Under the pieces are notes generated by a model. That model worked only from the letters and a program-made list of their open reading frames with translations, had not been told where the DNA came from and made no database searches. The position numbers were made by a program, and so were the translations under genes. 64,000 nt of DNA from Mobula hypostoma (lineage: Eukaryota), in assembly GCF_963921235.1 (NCBI RefSeq), contig NC_086106.1:25420001-25484000 (forward strand). The letters are read 5' to 3'. Below are positions 51,311 through 63,008 of this stretch, one piece after another; the stretch's first letter is position 1, and each line of letters opens with the position of its first letter.

Positions 51311-52149
51311 GTTAATTTGAATAAAATAAACAGAGGAAAATTTGAAGATGTTACTCCGATAAAACAAAACTGATTCAAGTAAATACAACAAGAGACTTTC
51401 CGGGAGACTAGGCGCTTTTGTTTCGATGTATATTAGTCTTTCTTTTTTTTAAAATTGGAGGATTATACCACTGATAGGGATGTGACTGGCGTTAATTGAC
51501 TCCACCTCTATCTCCCTCTCTCTCTCTCTCTCCCTCCCTCCCAGTCTCTCTCTCTCTCTCTCTCTCTATCTCTGTCTCTGCCTCTCTATCTTTTCCTATG
51601 TTCCTCTGGGGGAGTTTGAAGCCGATTACCAATCAGAAATATTGGAATTAAAAGAATGCTTGACTGTAACGTCGAAACAGCGACTGCTGTCTCCTCTCCC
51701 GCTTTCGAGCAAACCATATTAGACTCTCACTTGTTACTGTGAGAGAGAGAATGCCTGTGGCACGACGAAATGTTGCAGTAAACAGCTTTTTTTTTTCTTG
51801 CACTGACGGCCAGGCCTCTCCTTTTACCTTTGTCGTGAATTCGACGGTGGTTGATGGTGGAAATGGTCATGCTTTATGATACAGTGAGTGAGAGAAGTAG
51901 AGATGGGTTAGGTTAATGCTGCTTGCCGCTGATTTTGCGGAGATAGGGCAGTGAGAGTTCAGGTTCTTACCTTCCTTCTGACATTGATGCTTTGGGCTGT
52001 TGTTCTGTATTAAAGATATCTGAGGAAACTATCAATTTCAGGTTGTGTATTGTGTCCATTCTCTGATTTTAAAAAGTAACTGTTGAAGCATGCGTGACAT
52101 TCTTTTCGCAGTACTCTGTTATATCTGACAACAGCAAAATATATATTAT

Positions 52150-52420
52150 AAACGTAAAACAGTTTGGTGTAACCGTAAGCGTCGGCAAAGTGAAGGAATA
52201 CATCAGACTGTCTTTCATTAGTTCAAAACATATCGGTTGAGCGGGTAAGTGGCGGTAGTTGTGTACTGCGGAGTGCCTATCGTGGCACCCTGCTGATATC
52301 TGGTGTTATTTCACGAACGATCCGGTTGGATTCCGACAATTTCGATGCTGTCACCAAATACTTCTGTGCCCACTTTCCACGTTTTGTGCGTTACCAAGTA
52401 CTACACTGCCCGCAAAAGAC
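52150..52420 (+). pseudogene. Family D possible V-like remnant copy 5
   Basis: Near-copy of D1. Confidence 0.3.
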
Positions 52421-53771
52421 GTTCTGGGCAGCATGTGCCCGTGATCGGAGGACCACTGAGTGCGTACGTTAAAAGGAATGTGCGACAATTGGGCCGATAA
52501 ATCAGTTGAACATAAGTCCATAAGAATCGAGGAACTGAATTAAGCCACATGACCTATCGAGTCTGCTCCACCATTTCAGATGCGACAGTGTGGTAATGGA
52601 ATTCTTCGACTCAGTAAACATATAATTAAAATAATAGGTTCAAAAAGTCGAAATATACCTTTGGAAACAGAAGATATCACTCTGTGCTACCTTGCTCGTA
52701 CCCGGACGTTCCCTCTTTTTGTCTCTTCGATCGTGAGGTGATTCAAAGTTCTAAAAGCAGCAATAGATTATTTCCTTTGCAAGAGTACTGAACGGTAGGA
52801 TGAAATTGAATTTCAATCCCATCCACCCCGGTATGACATTGCTCTTTAATTCCTGTCTGAGCTGCATTTTATACGGATCTTACAATTTATTTTTGCATTA
52901 TTTTAGTGTTTAACTTTGTACTACCTCCACAAGGGTGGTATTGAATTAATCTGTAAAAACCGAATCAAAGCAATCAGGTGACAATAGTAAATAAATTCCT
53001 TTCCAATTTACATATGCAGTGAACTTCACGTGGCGATAACATTAGATCAGTTAAATCTGTTTGGGAAACCAGATAAGACAAGCAATCACCCTGTTAGGAT
53101 CCCATTCCCTCTGTCCTCTCTCGCTCTCTTTTACACTGAAAGTTCCTTCAAAAATATGAATCTCGGAGTAGTATGGGAACACGTATATTTAGTTTATTTA
53201 AATTCACTTTAAGTATTGGACCTCCTTCTCACATCAACGACCAAAATAGTATCTGCATTGTCTATCACGCTAAGCATCCGCAGGTTGTGTCGCAAATCTA
53301 ACTTCTCAAAATAAACAGTAAGTAGTGTTTCCAACATCCTGATTTTCATTAGCGTGCCACTTGCAATTCTTCATCAATCGGAAAACCAGAAATTTTCACA
53401 CCATCTGGTGTCCTTTAGTCAGCCATTGTGTCATTTAGTTATCTCCCGAATCCACTCCGTTCTCATTATTTCTCACTGAAGACACTCAAACAAAGGGCCA
53501 TAAGACAATGTCAGACAAGGGTCTCAATGGGGATATGCCGTTGCAGCAACAGAACGTGGGTGAATGCACATTCCGATATCCTGGAAAGTTGTGTAGTTCC
53601 AGTTTGTGTCCGCGTTGCAATCAGCAACTGTCCCTTTAGATTCGGCGTCTTGTGCTGCTGATTACAGCGCTCTTAGGTAGGATACGTGACCATGGCTGAT
53701 GGGTGCGCCCCTTCGAGTTTCGTCGCAAAACGACGCCCTCCAGTGTAAGCTTTTAGCATCATACAGGACCC

Positions 53772-53810
53772 AGTTTTTGTTTGGACCCGCCGTCACCATA
53801 CAACAGTGTG
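53772..53810 (-). promoter_or_regulatory. 23-RSS of V A9
   Basis: CACACTG + 23 nt + ACAAAAACT. Confidence 0.95.
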
Positions 53811-54242
53811 GTGCTCATTGCACAGAGATACCTGCCAGAGTCCGACACAAGAGCTTCACTGATATTCAACTGAGCCGTCTTGCTGGCTTTCTGCAAACTA
53901 GCGGTAAACCTCACTGGGCAATCTTGATGCCTCTCCATTCCTCCTATGTTATATAACTTCAATAAATAATTTGGATGTCTTCCGCTATGTTGAATGTACC
54001 AAAAGATATTTGCACTAGCGTAAGTGTAATTACAGTTAAGTGTTATATTCTGTCCTTCCTCGGCCGTTAAGTCCGGAGGATCCTGCGTCACTGACACTTT
54101 TCCACTTGCTCCTGCAATAAAGAACAGAATACATCGACATCACTGGCTTGTATTGAACGCCAGGGAAATTCGTTGGCCAGTTTCGCAGATACTCACCAGG
54201 CAGCACAGTCAATCCAATGAATAATAAACAGATGGAAAACAT
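53811..54242 (-). CDS. TRAV: Intact TCR alpha/delta-type V segment A9 (leader 54197-54242, V exon 53811-54111)
   Basis: MFSICLLFIGLTVLP|GASGKVSVTQDPPDL...ITLNCNY...FWYIQH...RHQDCPVRF...DSGRYLCAMS; GT-AG intron; RSS. Confidence 0.93.
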
Positions 54243-54476
54243 GGTGTCTAATTTCTGGCTGAAGCGATCGGAGATTCCTTCCAGGACGTAATTATCACAA
54301 TAGATATTGTGGTGTGAGATCGTTTCATCAATACCTTTCACCTATTCTAAGAGCAGGGGCGTTTCCCTGGTTAAAGGATTTGCTGACGCAATGAATCGAG
54401 CCTTTCTGAGCACCAATCGGCATTTGCTCTGTTCCGATTCGACATTCTGCCTGCTTCTTCGCTCTTTCAACGTCCC

Positions 54477-54521
<45 letters not shown>

Positions 54522-54680
54522 GCTCTCGCTCGCTCTCTTTGTCGTCTCTCTGTCTTTCCCAGCGTGCCCTGCTCCCTCGATTTCCCAGTTCTCTGCATTT
54601 TCCGGACACATACTTATCAATGTATAATTTATCACAAGACTTTTCACGATGTCGCTTCTTCAACATCAGCTAAGTCTGAG

Positions 54681-54756
54681 TTTTGCGACGAAACTCGCAG
54701 GGGCGCACCCATCAGCCATGGTCACGTATCCTACCTAAGAGCGCTGTAATCAGCAG
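54681..54756 (+). repeat. 76-bp inverted duplicate of 53655-53730
   Basis: Reverse complement matches with one mismatch. Confidence 0.9.
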
Positions 54757-55951
54757 ACTAAGTTTCAGTCTACCGGCATGGAACTAGTTTTTTTCAAGTG
54801 TCTGCCATATTTATTCGCTAAGGTTTGTATTCTGTGAGAGAGGCATCTCCTATCCACGCCAATAGACTCCTAGCAGCACACTCTGTGCAGCCAACACATT
54901 CTTCGTTAAAAAATACTCACTTCTGGCACCCCTTGTAATTTCTTCCAATCGTCTTAAAATGTCGTCCTCTTGCAGAAGCCATTTCCACCCTTAGGTCAAG
55001 GTGTGAGTTGTCCACTTTATCTCTGTCTCCTATCGTATCATACACACCTAAAAAGCTACCCTCATCTTCTAAATTTTCAAAAAGAGAGGTCTTTGATCGA
55101 AGAAACTAAAATGTCCCGTGGAATATAAATGCGGTTGCAAATGAGTAAATGTAGTTCAGCAGTACGACGTGTTCTATCTTAATCGTCGATGCAGAGAGAT
55201 AAATCTCTCCCCTACGAGACAACCACTATTTGTGCAAAGATTGACCGGGAAGCATAGTCAGTAAGGATCAAGGAAGCACATGGTGTCTGATCTCAGGCAC
55301 GATCTAATGTCAGATTGCATTTAAAAAGCTAATACGACAGATTTGTGAGAATGATATCAGATATGCTGCACCTTTCACTTTGTTTGAAACTTGCGGAAAT
55401 TGCTCTGCTAATTGGGAGCTGAACCATGGAAGTCAGAGCTGAGTATATTTAGACGCTTTCTGAATGGAAATACAACGTTCTCCGTTCCATATACTTCCGC
55501 TCTAATTTTATTCTATTTGTCGCTCTCACCCCTCCCTCCTTCGTTCCACTTTGACTGACACTTCATTTCTAGCAAAGCATCTCTTTCTCTATTCCCTCTT
55601 TCGATACTCTACTATATTTCTGACGCTCAATCTGTCAATCGCTCTCTGTCTGCCACTGTACTCCGATCTAGTCGATTTTTGTTGACCCCAAGCCCCTAAC
55701 GCCCATCTCTCTCTCTCCACAAGATATTGTGATAGGCAACAGAGAGAAACATGGACACCGATATATAGTGGAAATGCTTCGGAAAGCTTCCGCAATATCC
55801 TTAGTTAAACAGGAATTCAAGAAGTGTTCCTCAAAGTTGTGCGCATTTTGGTGCTGAATGCAGCGTTTTAAGTTGATCACGTGATCTTCATACTTTGTGC
55901 GTCTCGCTGTACCAGATTCCCAGCAAAGGCACCCTGTAGTGATCACGCAAG

Positions 55952-56583
55952 CATGGACTCAGAGCAAGCTGGAGGAACTCAGTGAGTCGGGCAGCATCCG
56001 TGGAAAAGACCGGTCGACGTTTCGGGCCGGAACCCTTCGTCAGGACTGTAGAGGGGAGGAGCAGAAGACCTATAAAGAAGCTGGGGGACCGGTGGAAAGG
56101 AGAAGGCTGGTAGGTTCCAGGTAAAAAAACAGTAAGGGGAAAGGTAAAGGAGTGGGGAGGGGATGCAGGGAAGTGATAGGCAAGAAAGTTGAAGAAAGAA
56201 TAGAGGAAAAAACAATGAGTAGTAGAAGAAAACAGAACCATGTGGGAGGTGATAGGCAGCTACTGGAGGGGGCAGAGTGACATAGGGATAGGGGAAGGAA
56301 GAGGGAGAGAATTACCGGAAGTTGCAAAATTCTATGTTCATACCAAGGGGCTGGAGACTACCGAGACGGTATACGAGGTGTTGCTTCTCCAACCTGAGTT
56401 TAGCCAGATGAGGTTAAACTCAGGTTGGAGGAGCAACATATCATATACCGTCTAGGTAGACTCCAGCAGCTTGGTCCGAAATGTCGACCGATCTTTTCCG
56501 CGGATGCTGCCCGACCTGCTGAGCTCCTCCAGCGTGTTGCCAGTGTCGCTTTGACCCCGGAATCTGCAGATTATTTTGTATTT
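55952..56583. mobile_element. Penelope-like insertion between the B5 RSS and its CTCF-like motif
   Basis: 7-bp TSD ACGCAAG (55945-55951, 56584-56590); EEQHIIYRLGRLQ remnant. Confidence 0.7.
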
Positions 56584-56592
56584 ACGCAAGCC

Positions 56593-57063
56593 TGGATTTT
56601 CCCAACCCGAAGTCTCCCTGTTCATCCTGAAGGATCCATTGCGTAGTGGTATACGCCAGAGACCGGCACAGGAACTTCAGTGATATTTAAATAACTGACT
56701 CTGCCTTTGTGTATATCAGCTTTGAAACTCACCGAACGTTCTGAAGGCCGCTCCAGCTTTGCTGAGCCATATACTTTCAGCATTAATTTTTCGAGATTTG
56801 CCACGATACGGAGTGTATCAAAAATGTTTGCATTAGTTTGTGTGTAATTGCAATTCAGTGTGATGATCTGACTTACGTCAGCCGTTAATTTAGGAGCATC
56901 CTAGATCACTTAATCTTTTTTTCTCTCGTTCCTGCATTAAAAAAACGGAATGCAGTAATATTACTCACTTGCACTGAATTCATGTTTCACTCTTTGGTCA
57001 TATGTAGAGCGCCTTATCTGTCAGGATGGCAAATATAATCAATAAGGAACAAAGGGAACACAT
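56593..57063 (-). pseudogene. Family B V pseudogene copy 5
   Basis: Leader MCSLCSLLIIFAILT with donor mutated to AT; Trp codon TGA; second Cys changed to Tyr (VYHYAM); degenerate RSS. Confidence 0.85.
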
Positions 57064-57779
57064 ACTTCTGGCTTCTGCCTCGATAGGACGGCAGATAACT
57101 TCCAAGAAGTTAACACTATGACAGACATTGGAGAGTAAAATTGTATTGAAAGTAGACTTCACAGTGCCCCACTAAACGATTGGTAGATTAAACGGAACAG
57201 GAAACTAAATCTGATTTCGTTGAATTCCCCCACACCGCCATTTTCCCTCAGTATAAACCTTTCTCACCCATTCTCTCCCTCTACCTCCTCTCTCTGTCCA
57301 CACCGTCTCTCTCCATCTATCTACTTATTTATCTTTCTTTCTTTCTCTCTGTCTGTCTTTCTCGGTCTCTCCCTACATTGTCTCTCTTTCGTTCTCTTTC
57401 CGAACAATTATTTTTATTGATCTACCTTTTTTGTTCGCTCTAAGAACTCTCTCGCGCTTTGTTTGCTATTCTGTCCCTGCTCGCTCCTTTTTCACACCAT
57501 GCTAACCAGCGTATCACTAAGTCATACGCAAAATTATGAAATCCCGCTGGTCCTGTTACCTATCATGAGCCTTATCAGTTATTGACGAAATACCTGTTAA
57601 TCTACCAGCATCCCTTTGGATATTGCTGATCAATGGCACAACAAATATTTATTCCTTTTTTTTTCATAAGTGAGACAATCTCCTATCCATGACAATAGAT
57701 TCAACTGAAAATTTATTTCTGTTGTTGCCTTCTGTCTCACATCTTAGTGGCTCCTTTCTCAGAATGTAAAGAGCCTGTA

Positions 57780-58900
57780 TGTAAGGAAATCTTTAAGTGT
57801 GTTCAAACTCGTGACAGACTGTTGCAGACAAATGGATATGGATATCAGTTGCCTCGAAACTCTTCAAGTTCCTATTTGTACCTACAAACTGAATTCAAGT
57901 CCGGAAGCCTGCGATACCAAGTGCTGCCAGAATAATAAAACCAGTTGAATCACGTTTGTCATTGCTTCCATTCTTCTTTCTGTGTAAAACTCGCCCGCTA
58001 TTCCTCGCTCCTTAAAACAGTTAGGGGCTGTATTTTCCGTATCCATTATCTCCCTTCAATTGTGCCTGCTGTACGGCAGAAAGATACAAGGAAGAGTCCG
58101 AAGCAAGATCCTCGGTGATGGTTCATTGAACCATCTTCCTTCATTTCGCAGAACAGTGGTAAACCGCAAAACATCAATTAAATCCGAGCGGGTTATGGAA
58201 AAGAGACAGAGATGATGCTATGACTACAGTCCCCTCAGTGTCAGTAAAACAAATGAACTGGTATTGGCTTCAAAAGTGAGGGGGAAAGCGAGCATCAACA
58301 ATAGTTCTTTCAGGATCAGCGCGTAAACACCATGCAGAGGAAAGCTCAAACACGCCATTAAGTCCTCCATAGGCAAAATCAAATTAGCATGCTCCCATCG
58401 ACGCTGTCCATTTCTTTGATGAACCCTATAGAAAGGATTATTTCCAGATGTTTAATGGCTTGGAATGGCAAATGTTCTGCACGTGACTGCAATAAATTGC
58501 GCAAAGTTATAGACACAGCTTAGCTCATCACTGATAGAACAGGAATTCTGCCTGCACTCTTGCTGAATCAGTGAAACAACCAGCATGATAAAAATCTTAC
58601 CTTTTCCAGGCATTCGTTCATTCTCCCCTCCGATCGGGCAACAGATATAAAAGCATTAGGGTGACCCTCTAAAATGCTATGAAACGAAAACTGCGTAGCT
58701 CCCCTGTGAGAGAAATTGAACACTTGAACTCACAACAAAATCGGTATGACCTTCCAACATTTCGTCACCTTGCACAACACTTTCTTTGCAGCTTCTTAAC
58801 CGTATTGTCAATTCTGTTGTTGACTCAGCTTGTACAACCTCAAATCCCAATGCAATAACTTTATCCTTTTAAGGATATGCAAGACAGTATTTTCACTGTA
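57780..58900. repeat. Paralog of the 28300-29450 block
   Basis: Colinear similarity by eye. Confidence 0.5.
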
Positions 58901-59184
58901 CCCCGGTAGATAAATCAATACCTAACGAAAATCTAGCTTGGTCAGTCTCTGTGAGAAAACGCGGTGACGCAAGAATTCAGGCCGTCATTATTAAGAGCAT
59001 AGGGTATAAGGATAGCGATAAAACGTGGCCTTGGTCGTTTTCGGATGTATGTTCTATTTGGTGGTGTGGTAGAGGCTGCATAGTGATATCTCCAGGAATC
59101 CTGCTTCAATTCGACTCCCCATCTTGCCTGAAGTATGTGTGCAGCTACCCATGTGTCTTCTTTCCTCCGGAGTCCCAAAGACTA

Positions 59185-60890
59185 TATGACTATCAGATAT
59201 AGGTGCATAAGTAGGCAATCTGGCCAGTCAAGTCTTCCCCGCCATTCAATCACGGGTATATCTAATTGTTCCAGTCATTCCCCCTCCCCTGCTTTTCTAC
59301 ATACCCATTGATAGCCCGGCTAATCAATAACCTATCTCTCTGCCTTAAATGTACCAGTGACTTGGCCTCCACAGCCGTTCGTTGCAACACATTCCGGAGG
59401 TTTACCACCCTCCGACTAAAGTAACTTTTCCGCATTTCTGTTCTAAATCGACTTCCTTCAATCCTGAAATCGTGTCCTCTTGTCCTAGACTCCCCTACCA
59501 TAGGAAATAACTTTGTCATATCTAATATCTTCAGGCCTTTTAACATTCGAATTGTTTCTATGAGATCCCCAGTCATACTCCTGAACTCCAGGAATGGCAG
59601 CCCAAGGGCTGACAGACGTTCGTCATACGGTAACCCCTTAATTTATGTAACCAATCTCGTGAATCGTCTCTGAACCTTCACCAATGTCTGTGTATATTTT
59701 CTAAAATAGGGAGCCCAAAAGTGCAGACAAAGTGTTGTGCCTTAAGGAGCCTCAACATCACATCTCTGCTCTTATATTCTATACCTCTACAAATGAATGT
59801 CAACATTGCATTTGCCTTCTGCACCACGGACCCAACCTGTAGGGCATCGTGAACAAGGACTCCGAATTCCATTTGCATCTCTGCATTTTGAATTCTCTCC
59901 CCATCGCAATAATAGTCTGCAAGTTTATTTCTTCCACCAAAGTGCATGACCATACATTTTCCAACACTGTATTTCATTTGCCACTTATTTGCCCCTTTCA
60001 CTGAACTATCTGAGTCTGCAGACACTCTGTTTCCTCAACAGTACCTGCTGCTCAAACTATTTTTGTATGACCGGCAAATTTACCCACAAATTCAGTAATC
60101 ACATCGCCGAAATCATTGTCATACATCGTAAAAAGCAGCAGTCCCAACACCGACACCTGTGGAAATCCACTGGTAAGGGACAGTCAGCCAGAATAGGATC
60201 TCTTTATTCCCACTCTCTATTTTTTTTTTTGTTTTGATGTTGTTGTTTTTTTTTTGGCAGACCAGCCACTGCTCCACGCACTCTAGTAACTTCCCTGTAA
60301 TTCCAAGGACTCTTATCTTGCTGAATAGCCTCATGTGAGGTGCCCTATCAAACGCCGTCTGAAAATCCAAGTACAGCACATTTACTGAATCTTCTTTCTC
60401 TATCGTGCATGCAATTCGAAGCAAAGTTGTTGTAGGTTAGTCAGAAAGGATTTTCCTTTCAGGAATCCATGCTGGCCCTGGACTATAATGTCATGTTGCC
60501 TCAAGGTATTCCGTAATCTCATCCCTAACAATCGATTCCAACAACTTCCCAACCTCTGATGGCAGGCTAACAGGTCCCTTTCTGCTGCCATCCACTCTCC
60601 TTAAATAGCGGACTAACATTTGCAATTTTCCAGTCATCTGGTACAATGCTAGATTCTATGAATTGATGAACGATCATTGTTAATCCCTCCACAACCTCAG
60701 CAGCAACTTCCTTCATAACGCATGAGTGCATTTGGGAGGTCCCAGGAGATTTATTCAACATCGGAGCATTAAGCATCCTGAGTACCTTCTCAGTCGTAGT
60801 TTTCACTGCACGTACTCTACTTTCCTGTCCGGGATACTGCAGATGTTTTCCAATGTGATGGCTGATTCAAAATCCACATTCAGTTCCTCT
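59185..60890 (-). mobile_element. Degraded CR1-like LINE ORF2 (RT to 3' end)
   Basis: PDDWKIANVSPLFK, VLYLDFQTAFDRAPH, WQMKYSVGKCMVMHFG, LFPMVGESRTRGH. Confidence 0.85.
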
Positions 60891-62574
60891 GCAAGTTAGT
60901 CGTACTGGTTCATAGCTGGTCATGATTACAAGAGAGATCTGGATGAAAACACTGGGAAATTCGTGATAGGGAAATAGACTGGGCGGTGTAAATAACGGAA
61001 AACATAAAATAAAAATGAGAATTGTTGAGAAAAATGAGAAAAGTTTTGCAACGGATGCTTAAAATTTGTGCAATCCTTCGGCAGCAAACCGGGTGTATTT
61101 GCCGCGCCCTCTCCCAGCAATCAGAAGATACAAAAGCCTTTAACAACGTAGAATAGCATGAAGAATATCTTCTAGCTTGGTGGTACGACAGTATTGAACG
61201 GCGCGATGGGATGAAATATTGATCCACACCATCGTCTTCCGTGTTATGTCTTTATGCTTTATAGTCTCTCTGCTCCACATTTTTTTCGGAGTATGTTGCA
61301 CTTTAATTTGCTACCTGGTATTGTTTAGCTTTGTTCAAAAACGTTGCCCTATGTAATAAATCAATGGGAATGAGCACGATATTTCAAGACATTATTTCCC
61401 TGCATTTCGTGATACGTAGGAATAATAAATAATTCCAATTCCATCTACGGTCAACCTCGGACCCGTTATACCAAGCTGTCAGATTAAGCTCTAATGAATT
61501 TGGCACTCTTTTTAAAATCTGTTTCTGTCAACCCTTCTTCTCTCTCCTTTTCCCACCCCCTCTCTCTCTCTTTCTCTCTCTTTATCGCTCCCTCTCTTTT
61601 TTTTTATCTTTCCCTTTCACTGCCTCATTCTTTCCTCATTCCGTTCCTACCCTCACTGGGAATTTTTCAATGAAGAGTAGCAAAGTTGCCAAAAACAAGT
61701 CCAGCAAAGTTATCAACTGCGATATGACGTTGAGTGCAAAAGAGTTATGACAAGAACATCAAATTGCACTGGACGTTCATTATGAAAATCACATTTGTAT
61801 CTCTCTGTACGCATTGATTTCGAGATTTGTTCCGCAGTCCTGAGCAGATGTTGCTCCTGATCGTGGCTCCATTAAGTCTCCAGAGATCTCTTTCCTTCCC
61901 ACTTCTTCTTTCCTCACGTGCATTTTTCCCTCTTCCCCGTTTTATCTATCCCTGTCTCTTGCTTCTCCTTCCCCACTCGTTTCCCAGTTAGTGTTTCACT
62001 CGATATTAATCCAAGTTCCCTCCTTTCCCCACTCTAGCCCTTTCCGCTCCCTGGCTATTTTTCCGACCTCTTTCTCGCTCTCCTCCTACATCTCCTTGCG
62101 CTTTCTTCTACTTCCCTCTGGTTGGCATCATTTTTTTCTCGCTCTCGCTCTGTGTCGCTCTCGTTCATTCATTCACTTTCTCTCGCCCTTCACCATATTT
62201 CGCTCTCCATATTTCTTTGGCTATCTTGCTTTTTAGTTTCTCACGCATTGTTCTCGAAATCCTTCTGTCCGCTCCTCAGACACAACACACTGTTTACATT
62301 CATCCTCATCATACTCTGGCTTACTCTATTGCACATCGGAACAATGCATAAGAGTCATGCCACTGACAGTAGAGAGAAAGAGAGCAGAATTTGCTCGGAG
62401 GAGGGGTGGTAGTGTTTTGCAGAGCGTATCCCCCGTCGCTGAAGCCTTGAGCAGCCTGTCCGGAGGAGAATGCGATGACGTCTTCGCCCCATGGACGAGC
62501 TTGATTTGAATTTTGAGGGAACACCGAAGGTACCCGTTAGAGCAAGCAAACACTAACAACTCTGTGGCATCCGG

Positions 62575-63008
62575 TTCCTGTATTGACGTGCAACGTTAAG
62601 TACGGAATTGCGCAATGCTATTCGGTGAGGACAGCAGAATCCTCCCGAACATATTTAAGCGGAACAGCTGCCATTTTTGTACAGAGACCCGAAGTCCTGA
62701 CCGATCTGTCTTCGCCTAGAACTATATCTCCAGTCATGAATGTTTTCGTAGTTTTTTCCAGAATATTGAACTCCGCCAGATTGCAAGTTACTGCAGCACA
62801 GTAACACGGTCTGCCCTTCCAAGGCCATTAAATCCTTTCTATTGGGGTTACAAAATCTGCACCACTCGACCCTGTTACAAACCTCAAATGTTTGAGCGGC
62901 GCCGGAACGCACTGACCCTGCAGAACACGCTCCGACCGAATAAACAAATTCAACAGGTAGAATAATCGATACAAAAGAACATCCATGGGGTAGTTGTATC
63001 GGCAACAT
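62575..63008 (-). pseudogene. Family C V-like pseudogene copy 6
   Basis: NRKDLMALEGQTVLLCCSNLQSGGVQYSGK; homologous to C1/C2. Confidence 0.55.

Noticed and set aside
60900-62560. Unassigned sequence with short ORFs and an isolated GC-rich CTCF-like half-site (~61103)
   Set aside because: No Ig, transposon or RSS motif that I could support.
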